From Leucoraja erinacea (lineage: Eukaryota), in NCBI RefSeq assembly GCF_028641065.1, contig NC_073377.1, positions 161,138,001 through 161,202,000 of the forward strand: 64,000 nucleotides of DNA, written 5' to 3'. Both the position numbers and the translations under genes were made by a program. Every line of letters begins with the position of its first letter. The stretch's first letter is position 1. Under the pieces are notes generated by a model. The model did no database searches. It was not told the DNA's origin and was given only the letters and a program-made list of their open reading frames with translations. Below, piece by piece: positions 1-10,025 of this stretch.

Positions 1-846
1 TTGACTAAGAATTAAATAGTGGGAAATTGAGATTGTATCATTGTCAAAAAGGTGAATATGTTTGCCATTGGAGAGCTTGGTGACATAATATGCGCATTAC
101 ATTTCAGAAAGTATGGTAGATATGCCTGGAATCAATAGCAACCTATGGGGTTTCAATCTAATATTCTTCCCATAATTGTGATATTTCTATTTTCCAGCCT
201 GCTTTGACATTTAACCATACAATATTTCCAGAGTCCAGTAATTTCAGGATAACTAATTTAATTTATTACAGTATACTTTAAATTATATAAACACTTAATA
301 GTATGTCAAATATCCTCATACTGTGTGATCCATTAATCTGTGTAGTCATTGGGAAGAAGGTTACACAAAAAGAAAGACAGGAGGTGTTGCATGTTGCTAA
401 CATCACATTTTTGGTATTTAAAAATTAAAATATGAAAACAAAATTTTTCAAAGGTAACTTAGATGCTGAAGTGGAATTCTGAAATTAACAAAAACATTGA
501 GCAGATTAGTTAACATTTGATAACATTTTAACTCCTGAATTGTTCAATCCTTGCCTTTATTTATTACAGTAATACTGATTTGTTGTGGCTAATCTTGCTT
601 TTCCAAAGCAAATTAAACACAGATATATTCATTTGCATAATTATTGCTAGCTGTGGTTACATAATGGGATTCCTACACAACACCATAGCTACTCAATGGA
701 CATATTTAAACAATGGACTTGGTTGTTCTTTCCTTTAAAACACTGCATCTTACATTGTGGATCTGTTGTAGGTTGAGAGACAATCCAGAAACAAACATTT
801 TTATTTGGAAATTCTGACATGTTTTAAACATATATTTTCCTTCCAG

Positions 847-964
847 ATTGTCCAGTGATAGCGTTAATGCCGACCTACATTCACTTGACAGTAGAACAAA
901 ATCGATGCAAATACATCTAAAGCAAGACGTTGACCTATTTCATCAAATGGAGGATTTCATTCAG
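847..964 (+). CDS. FHDC1: FHDC1/INF1 formin, internal coding exon (C-terminal part of FH2 domain)
   Basis: Acceptor tttccttccag (AG 845-846) and donor CAG|gtgagc. Encodes (R)LSSDSVNADLHSLDSRTKSMQIHLKQDVDLFHQMEDFIQ, matching the FHDC1 FH2 segment ending QMEDF(L/I)Q. Confidence 0.9.
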
Positions 965-1037
965 GTGAGCCAGTATCTAATAGACAAACTAGTGCATTTC
1001 CAAATAACAGCAAGATGGAGTAGAGTTTTAATTATTA

Positions 1038-1343
1038 CTAGACCAAGTGCAGACCCGTTGGGTCTGCTCCCCCAATGGTGTGATCCCCCAACCCAATATT
1101 CCACCATGCACCCGTCTCCTCCAATGGAACTGAAACCGTTCTCAAAAGTAAGATTCCAGCACTGCCCTGCCTCTTTAAAAAAAATCCCTGCCTGCTGCAG
1201 CAGTGAAAAGTTCAGTGTTCCTGTCTTGCAACATTGTTTCGAAGTGTGTTGGAAGCTGAGGAAGGAGCAGCCGTCAACGAATCGAAAGGCAGGAAGGGAT
1301 CCGTACTGCAGGCGGACTGATTTGAGTTTTATATATATATAGA
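1038..1343 (-). mobile_element. Non-autonomous Helitron (306 bp), both ends intact
   Basis: Minus strand reads A|TCTATATATATATAAAA ... CAGACCC-AAC-GGGTCTG hairpin, CACTTGGT CTAG|T. This shows a 5' TC, 3' CTAG, subterminal hairpin, AT target and no TSD. Confidence 0.85.
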
Positions 1344-2587
1344 TGGTGAGATGACTGCAGTTTATTTAAAAACAGCATGGCATTCTAAGCTTCTGCAGTA
1401 GATTGCATGAGCTAGAAAAATTAACAAATGCAGGTCTGTTTGTTGCTCTGCTGGCAATCTTAATGTTCACACTGTACCTATCTCAAATGTCCAATGTTCT
1501 TCATGCGCTTTGTTTGAATTTATCGAGAATATTCAGAGTTTAGTTCTGGAGTACAATATTTATCCCACAACTGGGGTGATCAAATGACATACAATTGGTG
1601 TATACATTGGTGACTTGTGGCCATCTTCCCTTGTGTGGAATAAATCTATATTCATTGCCTAAACAAAGAACATTCTGTTTCTGGCATAATTATAAGTATT
1701 AAATAACTGTTCAGAATTTTTGAAAGAGACCAAAAAGAACATGATTATTATGCTAACAAAATTTGGCAGCCATTTTAAAAATTGGACTTTATTCAAAGTA
1801 ACACGATAAATTCCAATCTTATTAGGTCAATGATAGAGCTAGAAAATTGTAGCTCTGTTAATGACAGCACAAAGATAGATCAGTAAGATTTAACTGTGCC
1901 AACTACAGGACAGAATCTTTGCTTATTCAACCTTTGCTGGATGTATCATTTAGAGCGTTTGATAGAGAATTCTATTTCTGCTAGCAGTAGGGAAATGAAT
2001 AATGTGTAAGACATGCCTAGGGAAGAAGTACTCATAAAATACAGGTGGTTAAAAAAAACCTCCAAAGGCTGTGGGCCTGGAGGTACTTGATTCGATGTTG
2101 TAGGATTTCCGAAAAAAAGTGATGGAGAGTTTGTGATTTTATTCTTGAATAATTTAACTCGCATTGAACACGAACATAAGTAATAGGATCAGGAGCTGCC
2201 CTTGTGGTCCTCCAAGCTGGCTCCACTATTGAATAAGGCAGTGGCTGATCTAATAATGATAAGATAATGATTTGCCTCATTTTCCCCACTCCCTCACCTC
2301 CTCCTTCTTAAGAGTCAAGTCAAGAGTGTTTTATTGTCATTTGTCCCAGATAGAACAATGACATTCTTACCTCTCCCCCCCCCCCCCTCCTCCTCACATC
2401 TCATGATCATTAACTCGTCCATGGACAAGTAAAGTGTGCATCAGGGCCCTGAATAGATACAGTGAAAGTACTAGGCTATTTCACATTAGGCCAAAGTAAT
2501 ACCCAGATACATCAGGCTCATTGTTTGCTTTAATTATTAAATTAATGATCACGCTAGATAACAGGTACTGGCTGTCATTTAGTGTCA

Positions 2588-3851
2588 TTTATATATTACT
2601 AAAACTAAGATCTTGACCACTTTCTGACTTTCTGTTTCGTGATTTCTGAAAGAACGCCGCCACTTACGGCTGTGATTTCTGGCCACCTCGCTCAGCGTCC
2701 CTCTCCGCTGAGCTGGACCAGAGGATTTTTCCCATCGATGAAACATAAAAGAGTTATTAATGTTCAATAAATGTTGAAATTCTCTCTGCTGCCCCTGCTG
2801 GTGGGAGGGGGGAGGGACTATAAAACCCGGAAGTGTTGTGCCTCAGTCAGTCTCTGCAAGATGGGGGAACTGAGAGGGTCACGTCTCTCAGTCTGAGCTG
2901 TGAATAACACTGAACACATGTCTACTAAACTGTGAATGTGGTTTTACTTAACTTGAGTGTCCTTAATGTGGTTTGAAAATGAAAATATGGTTGGTTTGAA
3001 GTAAAAGCAGTGCAAATGGTTGGTGGGGGTTTGGGTTGAAGTTAAAAGCACTGCAAATAGTTGGTGGGGGTTTGGGTTGAGGTAAAGAGCAATGCAAATG
3101 GATGTTTGGGGGTTTTGTGTTGAAGTAAAAAGCACTGCAAATGGTTGTTTGTCTAAACTTGACAACTTCCTGTTTGTACTGTATATTGATTTTAGATAAA
3201 AGGCTACCACTTATGGCTGTGATTTTTGGCCATCTGACTCAGTCCCCTTCTGCTCATCAGGTGCAGAGGATTCTGCCCGTCAATGAAAAATAAGTGTTAT
3301 CAGTGTTTAAAAAAATGTTGAGAATCTCTCTCCTGTCAACCACGCCATGAAGGCCACAGCTTTTCCAGCGGGAGGGGGAGGGATTATAAAAAAACGGAAG
3401 TGTGGGTGTGGCTCAGTCCCTACATGATGGGGGAGGGAGAGGTCACAACTCTGTCTGAGCTGTGAATCAACTGAACACACTGAATGTCTACTGAACTGTG
3501 AGTGTGGTGTTTTGTGTGGTTTTATGGTGGCCTTGCACCCTGCATGAAATGGTGGCCTTGCACCCTGCATGAAATGGAATTTCAAGGAATAGCCGTGAGT
3601 CAACTGCCATCCCACCAGCAGTGAGTGAGCTGCCAACACATCAGGCTTGAGGGTCTGAGCTGCCACCCCAAGAATCCATTTGGCCCACAATGTCCATACT
3701 AGCCCTCGGGAGACCAGTCCCTTCAGCCCACAACACCCATACCAGCACTCCAGAAAGCCTGGAATTGTAATTGGTGGAGAGGTGGAATATTGCGTCGGGG
3801 GACCAGCCCTCCCGTGTGAACATGGGACCCAACGGGTCCCACTCAGTCTAG
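2588..3851 (+). mobile_element. Non-autonomous Helitron (~1.26 kb) with internal duplication and minisatellite
   Basis: 5' end A|TTTATATATTACTAAAA (decayed TC) and 3' end GGGACCC-AAC-GGGTCCC hairpin then CTAG|T (3848-3851). Internal direct repeats at ~2660-2945 and ~3205-3515; ~40-bp minisatellite at ~2985-3150. Confidence 0.75.
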
Positions 3852-4126
3852 TTTGCTTCTAAAATCTTAATAACTATAATTTAGAAGAACAAGAAAGCTA
3901 GATTTTTTCAAAAACATCATCATTTAGATTACCTGATTTTAGGACATTATTGCAATGTAACCTGTATGATGTTTGCAGATAATGATTTGTGAGAGATTCA
4001 CTGTATCTTAATTGGTACACATGGCAATAAAATACCTTTGAACTTTTTGAACGATGGAGAATGAAGGCACAATGTTATTTCTGTTCATTGCGTGTTTGCT
4101 GATGTACTGTATATCTTACCCTGCAG

Positions 4127-4291
4127 CAAGGTTTGGGAGAAGTGGACAGATTAGAGGCACAACGGATGGAATTGCAGAGGGAAGCCAATACCCTCATTGA
4201 TTTCTTCTGTGAAGACAAAGAAACAATGAAATTAGAAGAATGCTTCAAAATTTTCCAAGACTTTTGTGATAGATTCAAAAAAGCTGTCAAG
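4127..4291 (+). CDS. FHDC1: FHDC1 penultimate coding exon (end of FH2 domain)
   Basis: Acceptor ccctgcag and donor AAG|gtaagt, 165 nt, phase 0/0. Encodes QGLGEVDRLEAQRMELQREANTLIDFFCEDKETMKLEECFKIFQDFCDRFKKAVK; LIDFFCEDK..MKL.ECF.IF.DFC is characteristic of FHDC1. Confidence 0.95.
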
Positions 4292-4297
4292 GTAAGT

Positions 4298-4414
4298 CGG
4301 CCCGAAACGTTGCCTATTTCCTTCGCTCCATAGATGCTGCTGCACCCGCTGAGTTTCTCCAGCTTTTTTGTGTACCTTCGATTTTCCAGCATCTGCAGTT
4401 CCTTCTTAAACACA
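4298..4414 (+). mobile_element. Penelope-like terminal-repeat fragment directly after the FHDC1 splice donor
   Basis: cggcccgaaacgttgcctatttccttcgctccatagatgctgctgcacccgctgag...; related pieces at ~23470-23560, 34800-34950, 36555-36630, 36940-37030 and 55270-55390. Confidence 0.6.
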
Positions 4415-4614
4415 ACTACACTGATCTGCCTGTGAACCATTTTGTCGGCTTTTGGAATGAGGGATTTCTGATTGCCTCACTGTCACCAAATATATACAGT
4501 AGATGGCGCTGTTTACTGAATAACTAAAGGAAAGCTCTCATAACTCTGAAACCTAAAATCTGAAGCAAATCTTAAAATAAGATAACAACCAAATGTATTG
4601 TAAGTGCAGCTGAG

Positions 4615-5096
4615 TAGACAATAGACAAATAGGTGCAGGAGTAGACCATTCGGCCCTTCGAGCCAGCACCGCCATTCAATGTGATCATGGCTGATCATCC
4701 CCAATCCGTACCCCATTCCTGCCTTCTCCCCATATCCCCTGACTCCGCTATTTTCAAGAGCCCTATCTAGCTCTCTCTTGAAAGCATCCAGAGAACCTGC
4801 CTCCACCGCCCTCTGAGGCAGAGAATTTCACAGACTATCCACTCTCTGTGAGAAAAAAGTGTTTCCTCGTCTCCATTCTAAATTGCTTACTCCTTATTCT
4901 TAAACTGTGGCCCTGGACTCCCCCAACATCGGGAATATGTTTCCTGCCTCTAGCGTGTCAAAGGCCTTACCAATCTTATATGTTTCAATGAGATTTCCTC
5001 TCATTCTTCTAAACTCCAGAGTGCACAAGCCCAGCTGCTCCATTCTCTCAGCATATGACAGTCCCGCCATCCCAAGAATTAACCTTGTAAACCTAT
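4615..5096 (-). mobile_element. CR1 (HER1-like) LINE 3' fragment
   Basis: C-terminal EAGSLDAFKRELDRAL...GYGEKAG plus CR1 3' UTR and short tandem tail. Confidence 0.9.
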
Positions 5097-5108
5097 GAAT
5101 AAGAATGA

Positions 5109-5378
5109 TGAATGAATAAGTTTATTGGCCAAGTATTCCCATACAAGGAATTTGCCTTGGTGCTCTGCCCGCAAGTGACAACATGACATACAGTGACAGT
5201 TAGGAATGGCACATAAAACATTAAACATTAATAATAAAACACTATTGATTAAACATGTGAATTAAATAAAATACCAGAGCAAAAGGAGGCTACAGATTTT
5301 TGGTTATTGAGTACAGCTACTACTCGTGGGGAAAAAAAGCAGTTTTTATGCCTGGCTGTGGCAGCTTTGACAGTACGG
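5109..5378 (-). mobile_element. LINE (Rex1/Babar-like) 3' UTR fragment
   Basis: (attc)n tail and gccaataaac end on the minus strand; the same end recurs at ~12810-12850. Confidence 0.5.
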
Positions 5379-6175
5379 TATCAGACAACCAAAAAATCAG
5401 CCTTCATTTGAAAAACATTTGAGGTTGATGTTGCAATTGATGCATGCCCCGGATCGGACCGACTATGAAACATCGACTGGACATCGCTCTGCGTTGACTG
5501 AGGTTTCTCAAGCTGGGCAGTTCCAGTGTTTTACTGGCTTTGCTGCAGGTGAGAGAAAGGAGCCATCGTCTCCAGTCCTGATGCTAATCAGTGACTCAAA
5601 CTAATATTTTATGTAGACAGACATTCTTCAAGGACAAAATCTAGATCAGTTATGATTACAGATCATGAATCAAAACAAACATCCTGTCTGATTTAATGCA
5701 CAACTTAAAATAACATTTTGGTCAATGAACATTAGAGGGAATAGCTATAAGGTGGGAGGGTAATGTTTAGCCTGTTCACTGCCAAGATTTTCTTCACTAT
5801 TGGCCATGAGCCTTGTATATCCACCACATATATCAGTGTGTCCATAATGAAGATATGTGGGGCAAGGTTTTACACAGAGAGTGGTGGAAGACCTGGAACA
5901 CAAGGCCAAGGGTGGTGGTGGAGGCAGCAGAGATGATAGTGGTGTTTGAGGCTTTTGGATAGACACTTAGAAGTGCAGGAAATAAAGGAATATGGATCAT
6001 GTACTGGCAGATGTGATCAGTTTAACTTGGCATCATGTTTGGCTCAAACATTGTGGCCTGAAGGGTTCCTTCCTGGGCTGTTCTGTTCTGTTCTATGAAT
6101 TATTATCTATAGAATGGAGAAGGGCCCACTGAATCACACTTGTAAATTCCATCCTGCCCAAAGACCATAAGATTA

Positions 6176-6790
6176 ATCAGAGCATTGAGTATAGAAGCTG
6201 GGATGTAATGTTAAAATTGTACAAGGCATTGGTGAGACCAAATCTGTAGTATGGTGTACAATTTTGGTTGCCTAATTATAGGAAGGATGTCACCAAAATA
6301 GAGAGAGTACAGAGGAGATTTACTAGAATGTTGCCTGGGTTTCAACAACTAAGTTACAGAGATGGGTTGAATAAGTTAGGTCTTTATTCTCTGGAGCGCA
6401 GATGGTTAAGGGGGGACTTGATAGAGGTCTTTAAAATGATGAGAGGGATAGACAGATTTGATGTGGACAAGCTTTTCCCTTTGAGAATAGGGAATATTCA
6501 AACAAGAGGACATGACTTCAGAATTAAGGGACAGAAGTTTAAGGGTAACATGAGGGGGAACTTCTTTACTCAGAGAGTGGTAGCGGTGTGGAATGAGCTT
6601 CCAGTGGAAGTGGTGGAGGCAGGTCCGTTGGTATCATTTAAAAATAAATTGGATAGGCATATGGATGAGAAGAGAATGGAGGGTTATGGTATGAGTGCAG
6701 GCAGGTGGGACTAAGGGAAAAAAAGTTGTTCGGCACGGACTTGTAGGGCCGAGATGGCCTGTTTCCGTGGTGTAATTGTTATATGGTTAT
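6176..6790 (+). mobile_element. CR1 LINE 3' fragment
   Basis: ERVQRRFTRMLPG..RGDLIEVFK..TRGH..FFTQRVV..WN.LP; same subfamily as 32175-32628 and 53995-54592. Confidence 0.92.
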
Positions 6791-7052
6791 AATAGGCTCT
6801 TTTGAGAGTTAATACAGGAAATATCAATGTTTTCTCCAGAAGAGGGGAGATGTTTGAACCAAACAAATTATTCTAAGAAGAAAATAACTGAATTGTATTT
6901 GTGGTTTTCAGACATTTTTGCCACAAGGGATTCTCCAAAATATCATTCATAATCTAGGATTAGAAAGATTTATTTTAAGTTGTGCATCAAATTGGACAGG
7001 AGTTTTGTTTTGAATTTCTATGTCAACATAATTCAAGAAGTATCATTCAATG

Positions 7053-7520
7053 TTCAAGTCAAGTCAAGAGAGTTCATTCCCAGACGGGACAATGAAATCA
7101 TCAGCACTACAGCACAACAGAATATAGTAGGCACAAATACAGAACATATTAGATTAGATTAGATTAGATTAGATTCCTTTATTGTCATTCACACCTTTCG
7201 GTATGAACGGACATTTCGATGCCTGCAGTCATACATAATAATAATAAACAACAAAACATACAATAAACACAAATTAACATCCACCACAGTGAGTCCACCA
7301 CATGTCATATCAGTGTGTCTATATACCATTATATAAATATATACACACATCAATAAATAAGCAGTTACAATGCAAATAAACAGATAATGGTCTCTTAATG
7401 TTCAGAGATTTGTTTCAGTTAAGTTTAATAGCCTGATGGCTGTGGGGAAGTAGCTATTTCTGAACCTGGACGTTGCAGTCTTCAGGCTCCTGTACCTTCT
7501 ACCTGAAGGTAGCGGGGAGT
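7053..7520 (-). mobile_element. Rex1/Babar-like 3' fragment with nested 3' end of a second retroelement (7147-7300, (AGATT)n tail)
   Basis: (caagt)n tail; 7420-7518 is the reverse complement of an LPSGRRYRSL..T.SRFRNSYFPTAIRLLN-type coding end. Confidence 0.6.
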
Positions 7521-7612
7521 TAATGTGGGGATTTTGCGTTTATTTATTTAAGGGAAATTGGCATTAAAATAAAATAATGAATTAATGAAAAACAAATCTC
7601 TGTACCCCATAG

Positions 7613-10025
7613 GAAAACAGAGACAGAGAAATTAAGGAACTCTGTCAACAACAAAGGCAAAAGGAATTGGATGAGAAACGGCATTCGTGGGCTGCTGGTG
7701 AACGGAGTATCTTTGGAAGGAGTAGTAGCGAAAATGATGTGAAACTGCTCATCAAGGATGGACTACATGACCTAATAGCTTTCACTCATCCGAGATCTCA
7801 AAGCCCCGGGAGTGTGAAGAGAACTAGAAGCAGACGTTTGCGCTCATCGGAAGGTGCTGCTATTGACAGCCATTTATTGTCATTTTTGCAGGCTGCACAT
7901 ACAGAAGAACAAGCTAAGTCAAACAGTATCCCTCGTTCTGTTGCACGTAGCTCTAGACAGAGGGTAGCCTGGCAAAAGATGTCAGAAACCCACGATGGAA
8001 GCTTAGATAGTGCCCACTTTGACTCCAATCAGGGCTGTGCTCATACCACAGTTATAAAAGACAGCTATCTCTGCTTGGCTTCAGCTGAGCCATGCACTGC
8101 TAGGAATACAGAGACCGCTCCTACAGAGAACTTCACAAAGACTGAAAGTGCAGTTGGTCAGCATGAACAAGATGCCTACAATAACAATGAGAATATAATA
8201 AAGGATAATGCCCACACAAAGTATACAGACCTCACAAACCTTAACCAGATGATCGCCTCCGAACAGCAGCTTGAGCTTCTTGAAGGTTTACAGATTTTCA
8301 ATTGCACCAGTGCCACTGACTCTAGCCAAGTGACGACCTGTGATGATGTTACACTAACCGACCTGGAGTACAGCGAAGACCTGAGTTTGCATACTCCTAC
8401 TACAGATGTGAGTTTGTCGACACCGAGTACTGATGTGAGTGTGCAGACTCCCAGTACAGATGTGGGCATGCAAACTCTCAGTATAGATGTGGGTGTGCAG
8501 ACTCCCAGTACAGATGTGAGTGTGCAGACACCTAGTACAGATGTGAGTGTACAAACTCCTAGTACAGAGGAGAATCTGCAGACTACTGATACAGATGTCA
8601 GTGTGCAGGCCTGTGACACAGATATGAGTCCCCTGATGCCTAGCACCAGTGTAGGCATTCAGACATCCTCTAGCTCTGATTCTGGTGCATTTTCTGGCCT
8701 GGTCTCGAAGATATTTGATGGTGAGTCTTACTGCTTTACGGATTCTCGGTCATTACCACAGAAAATAAAGAATACAGAAGGCACTGAAGTATCCATCCAG
8801 AGTTCAGATGCAGCGAATAACTCTGTTTTAAACAAGGGAAAGCAGAACGGTGTTTTTTGTTTTGGGATATACAGGAGGTGGAGATTGTTCTGAACCTTCA
8901 GAGCAATGTGAAGTCAAAGCTGCCTGCCAGAAAATCCAAGTAGAATCACAACACCAATTTAGAAGCCCTAAAGGAGATCACACTGAAGTTTCTAATGATT
9001 TGTCGGACAATTCTCTCATTCCCATTACCAAAAATATAACCATTAATAATGGCCGTGCTCTTGAGGCAGCCTCGGAGACAATGAACTTACCAAAGGTAGC
9101 AAAGCAGATTTGCAGTTTAAAGCAGCCTAGTATGGTTAGAGGGGAAGCATTGCCCACTCCAAAATCAACTTTGCATTGTTTGAGCAGTCCAGTTCCTCCT
9201 AAAACCTCAAGGACAACAAACCACCCTAATAACGAGGAAATGAGGAGGGTTTTGCCAATATCAAAGTCAAGTAGAAGATCCAACAGTGTCAGAAGACCAG
9301 AAGCAAAAGCATTAAGTAATGATGAACAAAAACACTCTCATAAGGCTTCAGGGTCAAAGTGGCGAGACGGTTTGTCAAAGACTCCTCGCAGGTCCAGCTA
9401 TCCAGTGGCAGAACAAAAGCCAACAAAAGAGACTGCTGCTTTGGCAAACGCATCTAATAGCATTGCAAAGCGTAAAGACTCCCTCAGAAAACCTGCCGCT
9501 AAGCCAGTCCGAAATCTCCCCAAGCCAAAGCCCGATGAAAGCAGTAAGATTTGTCGCTCAGTTACAAGAAGCTTCCCCAGGCACAGCACAAATACAGGCG
9601 GAACAACAGAGTCCACGGGAGGAAATAGCAATTCAGCCTCACCAATGCTTACTCCCAACTTTGCCAGAAACACTGTGGCCTCTTCCTCTCGACGCCAGAG
9701 GACAGATCCCAGACCGATTCCCAGCACGTCTCCGCAGCCCGCCAAAGCAACAAACCTCACCAGAACCTCTTCGCAGAGGCAGTCTACGCCCAAGCACGTT
9801 GGGACAAACCATACAAAGAGCAGTGAAAATACCAGCATGAAACGGCCAAGTACCCAAAAACTGGGGAGCAAGACCGAAGAGGAGGAGAAGGCACCAACAT
9901 GCAAAACACAGTCCACCTACACAGGCGACAACACTTCGCAAACATCAACCGAAAAGAAACACCTTCCAGCCACAGATTCCATTAGAAGCAAGAAAACGCC
10001 AGAAAGATCATCGAAGTGGAAGTAA
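7613..10025 (+). CDS. FHDC1: FHDC1 terminal coding exon(s): disordered tail and C-terminal microtubule-binding region; reading frame shifts near 8850-8890
   Basis: Acceptor ccccatag|GAA, in frame with ORF 7667. The first frame gives ENRDRE...RHSWAAGE..FGRSSSENDV. The second frame (8850-10025) gives LRKPAAKPVRNLPK, FARNTVASSSR and LTRTSSQRQ, all FHDC1 C-terminal motifs. Stop TAA at 10023-10025. Confidence 0.88.
8393..8662 (+). repeat. In-frame 27-nt (9-aa) tandem repeat, 10 units, consensus TPSTDVSVQ
   Basis: Units start at 8393, 8420, 8447, 8474, 8501, 8528, 8555, 8582, 8609 and 8636 (ACTCCCAGTACAGATGTGAGTGTGCAG-like). Confidence 0.95.

Noticed and set aside
8393-8662. CRISPR-like array
   Set aside because: The units are contiguous 27-nt in-frame repeats with no unique spacers, inside a vertebrate exon.
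8850-8866. Programmed -1 ribosomal frameshift at G TTT TTT
   Set aside because: The required shift is +1 (or -2), not -1, and no stimulatory structure was evident.
8850-8874. 25-nt GT-AG micro-intron that would also restore the frame
   Set aside because: It is too short for the vertebrate spliceosome; the donor at 8721 is far better.
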